A DNA stretch of 63,985 nucleotides, the filler included, from Catajapyx aquilonaris (lineage: Eukaryota): assembly GCA_000934665.2 (NCBI GenBank). It is 3 parts of 3 records of this genome, joined end to end, with 100 filler letters (N's around TTAATTAATTAA, not from the genome) between each part and the next. Parts side by side here need not be neighbours in the genome. Positions count along the whole stretch, not along the records: positions 1 to 21,306 come from JYFJ02006087.1; positions 21,407 to 42,682 come from KZ539474.1; 1 more part is not named here. One strand, given 5' to 3'. Shown here one piece after another: positions 14,947 to 27,460 of this stretch; positions within the stretch are counted from its first letter, which is position 1; the number at the start of each line of letters is the position of its first letter. The notes below the pieces were generated by a model. It searched no databases and was not told the DNA's origin. It was given only the letters and a program-made list of their open reading frames with translations. A program made the position numbers and the translations under genes.

Positions 14947-15187
14947 GGGCGACACGGTGGCCGAGTGGTTTTCGCCGCAGCCTTCCACGAGTTCGATCCC
15001 CGGGTCGGACGAAGGATACTTATGTGGGTGGAGTTTCGATGGGTTCTCTCCGTGTTCGCGTGGGTTTTCTCGGGGTTCTCCCGTTTCCTCCCACTATCAA
15101 AATCCATTACTGCGCAGGCAATGATTAAAGTCGGTTATTTAAAAGATGATCCCCTAAGAGGCCCAAGGAGGCTTATGACGGGGTATC

Positions 15188-15278
<91 letters not shown>
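14947..15278 (+). mobile_element. V-SINE-type tRNA-derived SINE with (TTA)n tail
   Basis: A box TGGCCGAGTGG, B box GAGTTCGATCCC, V-domain-like core tgggtggagttt..gttctctccgtgttcgcgtgggttttctcggggttctcccgtttcctcccac and ~90-bp TTA tail. 12-bp TSD ataccggcaaga (14935-46) / atacgggcaaga (15279-90). Confidence 0.9.
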
Positions 15279-15281
<3 letters not shown>

Positions 15282-15599
15282 CGGGCAAGATGACCTGCCT
15301 ATAGGTCATCTCTCCAGAGCTATGGTCGTGGTCCAATAATACCCAACAACCTGTTTATTAGACTAGATAGCCTCCTCCCAGGTCCACCACCCAAGATCCC
15401 CAGCATCTCGCCATCTCTCGGCAAAACTCCCAACTCCCAACTAACCCCATCTAGAGGATTCAAGTGTATCACAAAATATCCAAAATTAACCTACTTTAAC
15501 TAGCATAAAGTACCCAGAGACATATGAGCAGGTTGTCCCTAATTCCCCATCGAGCATGAAATCCCCCCCCCCCCCTCCCCCAAAAGGTGCAAAAGAATG

Positions 15600-16100
15600 G
15601 TAATGAGATCCTCTCGCAAATGTAACCAAGGCGAGAAAAGTATGTTGCGGTTACAAGTCTTGAATGAGAAGGCAACCAAGCACTGTAAGTGTCCAGCGAA
15701 ATCCGGAATGATAGCTTTAGGGGTGTTGAGGATGGTACACCAGTCATGGGGGAAGGTAAGGTATAGGTAGGAGTGGAGGATGTGGGGACACCACTTGGGC
15801 GTGATCTCCCCAGGGCTCTTCCGATCATACTTTTCTACTTTTCTTCGCAACAAGTGGTAGGTATATACTTGGCCTATGGGCAATTTGCAAAGAAAAGCGG
15901 ATATTCCACGCCGAGTACTTTGTTAGAAAGAGGCGGATGTTCGCTATTCTCTCTTTTCTATGTATCTTTTTACATTTTTGCCCCGAAGCTTAGGAGGATT
16001 TTTTTTTATCTGGTTACCTCCAAAGAACAATGACATGCTGTCCGGTGTGGTTTATGGTGCCCTTGGTCTCTTTGTCCTTCTCCCGCTTTTTACCTTCCAG
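15600..16100 (-). mobile_element. Decayed non-LTR retrotransposon ORF2 C-terminal fragment (I/Nimb-like)
   Basis: Stop-interrupted translation ...PKLR..VKRYIE..SASF*QSTRRGISAFLCKLPIGQVYTYHLLRR..PHIL resembles the RRE..LCRLRIGHT...HIL motif of I-group LINEs. Confidence 0.4.
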
Positions 16101-16739
16101 AAGCAGGCAGGTAGTACATAACGTACGCACAGGGTACATAAGTTAAGTCTTATTCGCATCCACTTTTGTTCTGCCATGTCCCAGAGCAACTTGTTTCTCT
16201 CATCACGCCGCTTTTCTTCTGTAACTTTGTAACCGCATGTTTTACACGTGACAAGGACGGTATGTATTTACCGGATATTTACGGCGGCCGTGTACGAGAT
16301 GGATTGCATGCACTTGAAGCATGGGTGGACATTCGGTTCAAGGCCTCTTTAAATGAGGTCCAGTCGTGCTCATCACATGCATACTGCACCAGACGCTTCT
16401 AATGAGGAAACAGTTGACATTTGACCGTTGGGCTCAAACTATCAAAATCCGGAACGTAGGCGACTGCTACATTATATAAAATGTCACATATCGCTATTTC
16501 AGTGGGTGTTGATTCAGGTGTAATAAATTGAGAAGTGGACCTGTTTGACTTGCAGTAGTAGAGCAGCTCATAGATAGGAGTGGACCTATCCAACCCTCAG
16601 CACCACTAGAATCAGGCAGGAATTATGCAAATGGCCGTGGAAGCCATTTGCGGGATACAGGTGGGTCTCATGGCGTCAGGGGAGAAGTAGGGGGAATATG
16701 ACTTTCATCTCCATCATCACTATCCTACACTATGTACTA

Positions 16740-16807
16740 TATATCGCTCAAAAAGATGGAGACATTTGCATTCGGCACAATCGTCTCCATTTTTTTCAAG
16801 CGATATA
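16740..16807. repeat. Small inverted repeat (mini-MITE-like hairpin)
   Basis: tatatcgct..aaaagatggagac pairs with gtctccattttt..agcgatata; TA at both ends. Confidence 0.6.
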
Positions 16808-17264
16808 ATACATCTATTAACTTATAGTGTGACTTTGCAACTTCGGTAGCAAATGATTTGTTTAGATTTTTATTGCATTCTTTTTTTTTGCCAAGGTGAA
16901 TAAAAGTAACAATGGTCTAACGAAGTTGTCGCTGGCAAGATTACAGATTTATGGGAGGAAAAGTCTTAGGGTTTTTCGCCACTGGAATGGATTTATGGCC
17001 TCCATTTAACTGATTGATTTATGGAATATTCATTCTCGTCTGCTTTCTCTGGTTAGTATATCAACCTACGTCTGTTACTTTCGATAATGATGAAAGGATG
17101 GAGTCGAGTGACGGGACCTTACTGGTCCATACTTATTTTTATCCTACATATATTCACATGTGTACTGTACTAGTTGTAAGCAAGAATGCATAGAAGATAC
17201 ATTTGCAATAAAAATAATTATCAACAAAATTCCACAAATTTTTCATTTAATAAGTTAGAAATTA

Positions 17265-17405
17265 GTCTGTCCGTCCGTCCGTGGACATGTATCGGGGCCT
17301 AAACTGCAATAGATAGCGACAAACTGTTTTCGGATTCGGATTCAGCGTGACCAAAATAGGTTTTATGTTCAACTTCAGGTGACCGGCTACTTCCGGCTAG
17401 TACGA
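17265..17405 (+). mobile_element. Possible DINE/Helentron-like non-autonomous fragment
   Basis: (GTCY)n microsatellite gtctgtccgtccgtccgt followed by ggattcggattcagc-type sequence. Confidence 0.3.
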
Positions 17406-19863
17406 CTTAGAAATCAGTTTTCATATGTTCCTGATCAAGTGTATCGAGGATTTGCCCCGTGTATTACCTGGTGGTCTGGCACAGGGGTTGTGGAATGAAT
17501 TCCTGAAGGTGGACCGGTTTTATAACCCAGGCCGATCCTGGAATCGATATGTTGCCTAGGTTACGATATCCACTGCGCACCTCGGCCGCGCATGATATAT
17601 CGATCAACATCGATTCACACCTGTAACCGATACAATACGATATGATTCAAATCTGACAACTTTCAACAAGATAGAATGTTGTCAGCCTCATTTCTCACTG
17701 CCCAATGAGAAAAAGTCTACTCTAATCACGCTCGCGTGATTTTCCAATCTTGTTTTTCCTCTAAATAGTAAATATAAATACAGGACGATCAAAAATATTT
17801 GCGCCATTGCTGTTGGGACTTTTTCGCACTAAGCAGCTTATTATTAAGCGGTTACTCTGGCATAGTTACTTCCAGTGATGGTTATCAAAAACATTCGCTG
17901 CTAATGTTAGGCTGAATTGGGTCGCATAATCAAGCTCTCAATTGAAATGAATTTCCGATTGCCAAATGGCCCATTAGAACAACTATAGCATCATACGTTA
18001 ATGATAAAATACATTTTCTCAAGCCAAACCAAGCCTAGTTACGATTAATGTTATCAAAACTAGCTAATATTACGCCGAATAAAGTGAGCCATACATTGTA
18101 CTCCCGATTATCCGGGTCGGGATTATCCGCCAAAAAATAAAATTTAAAATTATGGTAACTCTTTGTCTCCCGCGACCCGATTTGGTAGTATTTAAATACA
18201 ACCGAACAAATTCATTTTTTAGGCAGGAATCGTGGTGGCTCGCGCATGTATGCTCCTGCAAGTGACGTCACGCCTGTAAACATGGCGGCCAATAAAGGGG
18301 CCGTGTATTTAAAGGAGAAGTCCATCGTGGTGACCTCCTGTAACGGCTCTTTAATCGGCCGGACTTACCTCCCAGATATCACTTACAAAGCCTGGTATCC
18401 GTGACGCATTGGTCTCTAACAGCCAATCCCGGAACAGGCTTCTCGTGCGGGTTGGGTGTGGGGGTGTGTAGGTGGGGGCAAGGGGTGGGGGTTTCTCTGT
18501 GAGGTTGGGGGGTCGAGGGGCAATCATCGGCGAAGGACCCTAGGATAATCATGAGCAGCGGGCAGTTGTGATTGTTGCACCACTACTTTTGAAAATCCAT
18601 CATAGGGTGATAGGCAGTAATTGTTTTCCATGATTAGGTGCGCAACGATGTGAACCATGTGGCCGGCGGGCGGTGGAAATCCTTCCCGACTATACAATGA
18701 GCATCCAAACTGGCCCTCGGGCTGCCCCTGGGTGCACACCACACCATTGCATTGCATTCGGTTGGGCCGGGATGTGATGATTAATCCGAGATTACAGAAC
18801 TGAGAACGCACATTCAAAGTGGCCCCTAGCCACGGTCCGCCCGCAGTCACGGTCCGTCCCCGTCCTCACTCCACACGATTTCATTGCATTTGGTTGGTGA
18901 GGCGATGAAAAATCCGACCTGACGGAAGTCACATCCAAAGAGGCCCCCGGGCCGCCCCGGGGCCGCCCCAANACTCTCCCCCGCAACCTGAAGCAAACCC
19001 TGCCCCACCAAAACTCCCTGGGGGCCTGAAAAAGCCCAGGGCCAACACTCCCATTTAGTCCCATAAGTCCTGTGGAATCTCGAGACGTCCCGTGGATTTG
19101 CAGGATCATTTCAATCGCGCGCCTCCCGTAACTTTTCACCACGGTGGCGGCCGTCGTCCGTATGGGAGTTACGTCACAATTTATTCCCCTGCAGACTTAC
19201 GCGAGCCACCACGATTTCGGCCATAATATTACATATGTACACTTTTCGATAGGAGTAACTCATTGATTTGGTAGTTACCTTTGCAATAATAATATTATGG
19301 CTATACAATGTTGGCATTGGCATACCCGTAACATGAAGGACATTGCAGGTGCATGAAGTCCAAAGAACACACTGCGGATGTCGGATTGTAAGAAAATACA
19401 CAAGACACGTTAAAAAGCCAGCAAAGGTATATTATGAAAAAGTGAAGGTTGTGCAGTAAAAATGTAGAAGTAAATGTAGAATGTATAGAAGCTCCAACAT
19501 AGCTGAGCTTACAATCTGACATCAGAGTGTGTTGTTTGGACAATGTGAGAAATTTTCTTAGTGCAATGGGCACGCCAGTATTAAATAACATCCATCGGAT
19601 TTCTTGCTGCTGTCTTTGTGATAATTATCATAAATAATGCATACTTTAACAATATTGTCGGTGCTACGAGATCAATTATTTTGTTATGGTATTTAAGCAT
19701 TTTATACATATTTTTTTAGACATAAAATTTTCACTTCCACTGAGAAATCCCGGACTAGGCAGATTCGACAACTGCACTACGCAGAAGCCCAGCAAGGACA
19801 CCAGCGCCCTCTCTAGGTAAGTTTGCCGTGTCACTGTATAAGATAAGTAATATGTGTATAATA

Positions 19864-20545
19864 CAGGGTGACCCAAACGTTTGGATGCATAGGCAAATTA
19901 TCACAAAAACCTTCCATTCTGAAAAAAAAGGGTAGTAAGACCTCTATGGCGGATAGAAATTAATTAAACAAGACAGGTATGCGTAAGACCTAGCTTCACT
20001 AGATCATTATTAAAGGATATCGTAATGCTACATTACGAAGGGTATGTGTTAAATTTTTACTAATATGTGAATATGTAAGCAGGGTCTTACTCATGCATTT
20101 CTTTCAGAATTAATTCAATGAAATAGTACCTACCGAACAATGATGCCCCCCTACCTACTTATAATACAGATATCATGATCGTCATACCATGATTGATAAG
20201 GTAATTTGTGATTTTCTCAGACTAATTTTAAGTCTGTAGAACTAATATTATTATTATTATAATTCGTAATGATATCAGAAGTTCATAGGCTTGCAGCATT
20301 GGTTGACAAGATACACGTCTCATCCAATATTTTCAGCAAATTATAATATAAAGAAATGCATGAGTAAGACCCTGCTTACATATTCACATATTAGTAAAAA
20401 TTTAACACATACCCTTCGTAATGTAGCATTACGATATCCTTTAATAATAATCTAGTGAAGCTACCTGTCTTGTTTAATTAATTTCTATCCGCCATAGAGG
20501 TCTTACTACCCTTTTTTTACAGAATGGAAGGTTTTTGTGATAATT
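19864..20545. mobile_element. Foldback element with ~200-bp near-identical inverted arms; Tc1/mariner-like left end
   Basis: 19896-20104 is the reverse complement of 20350-20545 apart from one small indel and a few mismatches. TA|CAGGGTG at 19862-19870; the matching right terminus is missing. Confidence 0.8.
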
Positions 20546-20675
20546 GCAGTTCTTTTTTAAAAATTTATGTGCTTGGTACATGCTAGCACTCTCACGCGGA
20601 CGGGTAGCGAAACGGCCCTGTGCTTGGCAAATGAGTGAAAATAACAGGTGACTAACTTACTACTTAATTTCGAAC

Positions 20676-20792
20676 GGTGGAATTTTCGTCGTACTACGAG
20701 TTACTGCTAACTTAGCAGTACATTTGCAGTATTGCACTACACTGGTACTGCTATAAGTTAGAAGTAACTAGTAGTACGACAAAAATTCCACC
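20676..20792. mobile_element. Palindromic MITE (~117 bp)
   Basis: ggtggaattttcgtcgtactacgagttactgctaactta pairs with taagttagaagtaactagtagtacgacaaaaattccacc. Confidence 0.8.
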
Positions 20793-20838
20793 CTAACACA
20801 AGCAGCTCGAAGCCGTGGTGCTCCTGAGGGCAGGGGAG

Positions 20839-21204
20839 CCTTAATCCTTGCCCGCGCGCCACCAACGGTCATTTCCGCGGGACTAGTGTTGTACTCATGC
20901 TGTTCAGAGCTGGAATATTAATTTTCACTGTACTAACGCAACCTAACCATACCTAACCTTCACTCGTTGCGGATACAGCCTATCTTCACGTAAGAAAAGA
21001 CGACGAAAAAAAGAGGGGGAAAAAAAAAAGAACCCTGAGCGGGACGCGAACCCGCAGCCTTCCGATCTACAGGCCAGCGCGCTTACCAATACACTACGGC
21101 TGCCATCGCTGGAATTGCTTATTCCGATGGGGATTCTTATGCTTCCTCGCGGGTGCGGGTAATTGCGGAAACGACCGTTGGTGGCGCGCGGGCAAGGATC
21201 AAGG
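20839..21204. mobile_element. TIR element (MITE) containing a tRNA-like cassette
   Basis: 40-bp TIRs ccttaatccttgcccgcgcgccaccaacggtcatttccgc / gcggaaacgaccgttggtggcgcgcgggcaaggatcaagg with 2 mismatches; internal cctaac repeats. Confidence 0.8.
21031..21104 (-). pseudogene. tRNA-derived (Tyr-GTA-like) pseudogene / Pol III cassette
   Basis: ggcagccgTAGTGTATTGGtaagcgcgctggcctGTAgatcggaaggctgcgGGTTCGCGTCCcgctcagggtt followed by a T run. The T-arm pairs but the acceptor stem does not, so it is not a functional tRNA. Confidence 0.7.
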
Positions 21205-21306
21205 TAAGGTGTCTAGATAGAAAAGGTGGCGTCAACTTCGCTTTTGACGCCATCTTGGGTCGAAATCGGCTGCCCGCCACTATGGTCCCTTTATGCACAA
21301 CTGCTT

Positions 21307-21406
21307 NNNNNNNNNNNNNNNNNNNNNNNNNNNNNNNNNNNNNNNNNNNNTTAATTAATTAANNNNNNNNNNNNNNNNNNNNNNNNNNNNNNNNNNNNNN
21401 NNNNNN
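21307..21406. other. Artificial scaffold-joining spacer
   Basis: 44 N + TTAATTAATTAA (stops in all six frames) + 44 N = exactly 100 bp; identical structure at 42683. Confidence 0.97.
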
Positions 21407-21419
21407 TATCAATTATAAA

Positions 21420-21780
21420 GTATACACTATTATACGTATAGTATACACGATTATACGTATAGTATACACGATTATACGTATAGTATACACGATTATACGT
21501 ATACATATAGTATACACGATTATACGTATAGTATACGCGATTATACGTATAGTATACACGATTATACGTATACATATAGTATACACGATTATACGTATAC
21601 GTATAGTATACAAGATTATACTATAATAGTATAGGTATACGTATACATATAGTATACACGATTATACGTATAGTATAGGTATACGTATAGTATAGGTATA
21701 CGTATAGTATAGGTGTACGTATAGTATAGGTATACCTATAGTATAGGTATACGTATAGTATAGGTATACGTATAGTATAC
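21420..21780. repeat. AT-rich minisatellite: 21-bp (gtatagtatacacgattatac) units grading into ~18-bp (gtatagtataggtatac) units
   Basis: Directly visible tandem copies at the scaffold start. Confidence 0.92.
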
Positions 21781-24700
21781 AATAAGATTATGGACAGGAA
21801 TACATGACGGAAAAATAAAATTATAATGGCACAAGTGGTTCTGTTGAGCTTTGATCAGGGCGGAATATACATGCTGGCGTAATAAATCCACATTTAAATA
21901 TCCACTGAATGCGTTGACACGATGAAAAATGTGTTGGTCTACCCACAAAACGTACCAAATCATGCTAGAGGCAACATAACTGTTGACATGGTTCGAAACG
22001 GATGGCCAGAAAATTATTAAACTGCAATTAGTGTGCGCGGAAAAAGTGTATATATGAATGCAATTGGTCAAAAACATCCGTGAAACCATGTCTGAATTTT
22101 TATGGCTTCTCACCACATGTTCGTATTTGTCGTCTGATCAGCAGAAAATAATGGCGAATAAAATGTACCACTGTGCGTTACTGCCATGCATAAATTAATA
22201 CGCCAACAGTAAGGCGGAGTGAGCATTTCCTTGTATGAACTTTCAATGGTCAATACCAGAAAAGTATTGGTTTGTTATTACACTAGGGACTTTCAACCGT
22301 CACAAACAAACAAATTAACTAATGTTAGCACCCACAGTCACTAAAGCCAATCATAAATATCACAGTTTAAAAACCACAGTAAATTTCAAAAATCTTAATT
22401 ACGTATTATTCGTATTATCCTATAGTGGAGAAATCATAGTCAGTCTTTCATAGCAACGACCTGAAAATAGTAGAGTTGACGTTAGACACCTCCCAGTAAA
22501 AACTGGTAATAAAAATGCGGTCCTGCCCATAAACGTGAGTCGCACGTATGGACATGGCCCCAAGCAGGGCAAACTTGTGGATTCCCCCTGAAAATCTCCT
22601 TCCCGTTTCCCGCGGAAAACCAATACCATCAGGCCTGTCTCATCTCTCAACTCTACATGTATATACTGCGCGAATTGGATACAGCTTGAGACGTCGACAG
22701 AGCTCAAGGTACCTTTTAATAAATGTCCAGACCCGACACATCCGCCGTCGCAGATAGAAAAAGATCTGTCGACAAACTGTTGCGTCTGACAGGTGGAAAT
22801 GAATTTGGCCTAATCAGTCAGCTTTGTCACTATCTCCCGCTGCGTTAGTGTACGGCCTCGCTCAAGCTGCAAGAAATTCCGGCCAAACGGTCACGATTAC
22901 GTAAGTCGTTGGTCAATCATGTTGGAAGAAAGAAGAAAAAGTGCGGCTCCCCGGGATCATACCGGAGACAAATAAATGGTCCAAGTGTCGGTACTTACGC
23001 ATTTTACGTAGATTTAATTCTTGCCCATAATTTTGCTAAATGACAGCTGGGAACAAATATCCGAGCAGGAGCTGTAAAACACGAAAAGTGTGGAAACGAT
23101 ACAGTTGTTAAATGAGAAATGCCGGTGTCAGCTGGGTTTGCAGCGGCTCATAAACGGTAATGTCTGTTGCCGCGATGGGTTCCGGTCGCGACGCTCTGCC
23201 GAATGCTGCTGAAAGCAATGCCGAATAATTTAAAGGGCATATACTACCCATTAATTTCGCATAGGGCCCCGCCGTTCCAACGTGCGAATACAGCGCCCGC
23301 CAGTGTAGGGGATATCAAAAATATAAATCAAGCATCACCTCAAAGCTCGTCCATTTGGGATCTAGTGGAAGGGTATTTTGAATTTCTTCTGCAAACCACT
23401 TTTGGAATTACGTCATTGACAGTGAGTACTTCATGAGCAGTGTTTCTCACAAGAGGACTGCTGGAGAAAACAGTACGCACTAGATTGCCTGGAGATAATT
23501 AGCACACGTGCTGTAAAACCAGAATGGGAATAACACTACTGACGTCATGTATAATTAAGTTTTTTCATCGCCTAATGCAATTTAGGAGGCTGCTTTGGAC
23601 AGCTCACGATGCAATGGGTGACAAGGGAGGATGATAGCATCAAGTGCACTCACTACCTACAGGCTCCCACGCCTTTCCTAATGCGCAATTACTTTATGAA
23701 CCTGTATTACGTCAGGGGGTGACCTACAGTGTCCTTTTGTTTACTCAGCCTTGACATTTCAGTTATGCCACGAGGCAAGAGTGATACGATACGCTTGTCA
23801 GATCAGCTGTAAAATCATTCTAATATTGCGAAAAATTGCGACAGAAATGTTGAAACATTGCTTAATTTTTGATGACAATGGCTAAGAGCCGCTTGCATCA
23901 ATTTGAAAGGGTTGGTGCAAAAACCAGATCTGTCCATCTTTGTCCGAAAATGAGGTATTATGGGTGGTTATGCCATCTCGGAGCCTTTCTATATCTTTTG
24001 GTTAACAAATCAGACATGTCTGGTGCACGTTTACTTTCGTGTCTTTCTATTACACTAAAGCGTATCATTAGAAACGCATTTTTAATTAGGTGGAAATTCA
24101 GTTTTTCTTTTTTCCCTCGAAAGTAACAAAAGTCTGAACCAACCCGTTCAATTACTTAAGGAGACAATCTCTGATTACGTGCTGTGTAAATACCCATAAC
24201 ACCATGACTAAACCTGCCCGTGTAGGACTGATGAGTAGCAGTGTCCAAGCCATTCACTGCCGCCATCTCGTTAGCCTAATGCACAACAATGTCGTTCAAC
24301 GCCGCCATCTGACCGTCGCATATCAAACTAACTCCTTACTCCGTCATTGTTCAGACCGAATCGAGAGAGAATAATTACCCTCCCAATCAGCATAGAACTC
24401 CCTGTGGGAAATACAGGTCATTATTATTTGACGCAGATGCCACAGAGGTCGGATCCGCACAGGGCACTGTACCGTCCAAATCAGAACTGGCCGTCCGGTA
24501 CAATTAGCGTTCAGCCAATCAGTCAATCAATAATCATAATGAAGCTTTTATTATTGACGCCGCCCCGAGCAAAGGAATGGCTAATAAAACATTCGGTCCA
24601 GACAATGACGAGCTAATTGATGTACTGTGGGGAGCTTCGGTCGGACACATCACCAGTCAAGTGCGAACACATATCCTCCGCCCTCCACACACACAAACGA

Positions 24701-27059
24701 CTAGCCCGCCCTCCTGGCCTAATACCGTCATAATTAGAGCTCAACAATATCACAGTTCCTTTAACAAAAAATGAGCAGCTCTTTTCTGATAATTATTTCG
24801 TCGACCCCCCCCCCCCTCAGGCAAATTGGATTGTAAGTAGATGAGTCTAATGGCAGATTTGGGACTTTCCTTCAGCTTTTGTAACCCGCGCTCTTGTCTT
24901 GGACCTGCGACGAAAATAGGGCCAAGTGACGAGCACGCCTCGTGTCCCATTCACATGCTAATGCAATTGGGGACAAACAGCATGAAGAGAGCGGGACCGC
25001 CTTCATTATCTCAGACCTGCACTCTGATGACACTTCCATCAGGCCACAATGGCCAGGGAAGGATGATGGCACGGAGAGTGTCAAATTGGACGCCTACCTG
25101 AGCACATTTGCGGACAGCCCTGCTTTTTTTTTTCATTCGGACGACTGGTTGGACGACTCGCCAAAAAATCCGGGGAGAGGGATTTGCAGCGTTTCGACTC
25201 ATTACATGTGGTGTGACGGCCCCGGGTTTGCTCCAGTCTCATGTCGTGTCAGCAAGCCGGTTGGTGCTAGAGGAAGCTCCGAATGTTCTAATCGGCCAGT
25301 ATCATATGCACCGGATTCGCACAAAGTCATGCACCCGCTACAAAAACCGACGTTAAGGATTCGCGTCACGTAGCATGTGACAGTGTCATATCCGCATAAT
25401 GGAAAGCGGGCAAGAGGCTGCGGCGAAACCGCATAATTGCAACCCATAGTTTCCTTTGTTCCCCCATTTTTATGGTTACACATTCACAAAGCGTCGTGAT
25501 TAGGTGGCTGGATGCAAAAATTTCCGAGTGAAAACCGAGGGCCTGGAACATGATACTGTAGCAGATAGCTAACGGTGATGGATGGAGTGTTGCATCCTGG
25601 CCAATATTCCCGGATGACTGCCGCGCGGCTTGGCCTCCACCGCAAAACAAATCGCTCCCTCAGTTACAACTACATCAAATTCATCAATCTTGCCGTATTG
25701 ATTCGCTACGCAACATTCAAGCCGCTTCGCAAAAAAAAATAATTTGAACAACATTCCGCCATTTTAATTCGTTCTAATTTCAAAGCTGCAAGTGTTTAAA
25801 TCCTACAGATTAGCTACAAATCCCAGGGCTTTGCAACGTGTGCCTTAATCCCTACTTATCGGCTTGGAAATTCTTGGGACAAAAAATAGACCCCCCCCCC
25901 CCACACCCTCCGGACTCGTAGAGGGAGAAAGGCAAGAAATCCGGGCCGGCCTGCCATATTGAATCCATTCAATATAGGAATCCCCGGATCTGAAAAGCCG
26001 GATCTGCACCTCCAGCTGCATCAAATCCTTCCAAACACCCGGCCATATTCAAGACCAACGTCCCTCCCAAATATTTTATACACCCATCTTTCTGAGTCTC
26101 CCTATATAGCCTATCTGACCTGACCTAATCGGTTGACAGGTCCCGGACACGCCCGCCCCTGCATTTTATTTGGTAACCTGGCTGCATATTATTACTGCAA
26201 TTTCCGCATAGCTGCGCGAATGTGGGGACCGTGCTAGAACATTTTCCACCTGATTTGATAGAGCCCGAATTAGTGCAAAAATAGGAACGATATTGCGCAC
26301 GGTTCCGTACAGAATATACAGTGCAAATGATTAACCCCATAACCGCTTCCCTTTGATCATGTTAATATTCGGTACTAACTGCGCTTTGTGCTCCCCAAAA
26401 TACATGTTTTGTGAATCTGCATTGTTTACCAGCACATTTGCATGCCTCTCCCCCCCCCCCACCCTCCGCGAAAAAAGGATTCACGTGACAGGCGAGGACA
26501 ATTTATGACATCCCATTTGTATAAGTTAGGCTCAAACCCCGAAAACGGCCATTGGGCGAAAAAAGCGTCCAAACTGCAGGATGCTCTATATATGCATTCT
26601 GCAGAATGCTCCATGTCAAACCGTCCATTCTGCAGAATGCTCCTTTTAAAACCATCCATTATGAAGAATGGACGTTTTAAAGAAACGGCCAGACCCCGAA
26701 ATGCTCTTTTAAAAATGCCAGAACTCTTTCCTGGGCTAAACTTAAACGTCAGGACGCCTATAATTCAGTTCGTGTCATGATGGCTGGGTTTAGAAGACGC
26801 CCATAACTCGTTGTGGCAGTTTCCTGTTTCCCACTATGCCATGTATGAGTGTCCATACCAGGAACACTTGACTAGTATGGAACAACAACTCCACAAGTGG
26901 CACTTTCACTTTTAATCAACTTCGAGCTCCACTTTCACTGAGCATCACCGAAGTGAAGGAAAACAAAAAAAAAAAGGTATGCACTGAGTGCAAATAGTAT
27001 CGCCACGCACGAATGATTAAACTCCGATGATCCAGCTCCGGATCTTCGGTGTCGTGCGG

Positions 27060-27225
27060 ACAATTTGGTTGGCCGACGTCACCAGTTCGTCGTACCTTCA
27101 GACGCGTGATTCCTACGCATCACAATGGTCGCCATTTCACTGACAATTGGGTTGGTCGACATCACCAGTTCGTCGGACCTTCAGACGCGTGATTCCTACG
27201 CATCACAATGGTCGCCATTTCACTG
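27060..27225. repeat. 83-bp tandem duplication
   Basis: 27060-27142 and 27143-27225 are nearly identical (caccagttcgtcg.accttcagacgcgtgattcctacgcatcacaatggtcgccatttcactg). Confidence 0.9.
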
Positions 27226-27237
27226 TCACGTACAATT

Positions 27238-27460
27238 GGACGGTGTTATGCAACAAGGAACCAACCCTCAGCACACACATTCTGAGCAATTGAAGTGTAA
27301 ACATAATCACAAATAAAAAAATCATGCCATCTGTAATTTGAATATATTTAAGTTGGATTCTATTAAATAAAAGGAGTGTAAATTCTGGAGTTAAAATGTG
27401 ACAATGCTATATATACCGGAATTATTCGTAAAAAAATGAGGGTTGGTTCCTTGTTGCATA
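27238..27460. mobile_element. Sola1-like mini-element nested in the foldback element
   Basis: Left end AATT|ggacggtgttatgca is identical to the TIR start at 37660. tatgcaacaaggaaccaaccctca is inverted perfectly at 27437-27460; the outer right TIR is missing. Confidence 0.6.

Noticed and set aside
14905..15339. 144-aa ORF with a poly-Leu 'transmembrane' run
   Set aside because: It is a translation of the V-SINE and its (TTA)n tail.
21031..21104. Functional tRNA-Tyr gene
   Set aside because: The acceptor stem does not pair and the anticodon stem is broken.
21351..21362. TTAATTAATTAA palindrome as a homeodomain site
   Set aside because: Artificial linker, identical at 42727.
21351..21613. Repetitive YTYNRVY / YTIRIIV ORFs, or a CRISPR-like array
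   Set aside because: Tandem minisatellite with no unique spacers; eukaryotic context.
21780..22140. Possible zinc-finger remnant (RTCGEKP*K) on the minus strand
   Set aside because: A single degenerate linker-like match with no C2H2 spacing.
24942..25373. 143-aa ORF
   Set aside because: No recognisable motif or splice support; overlapped by similar ORFs in other frames.
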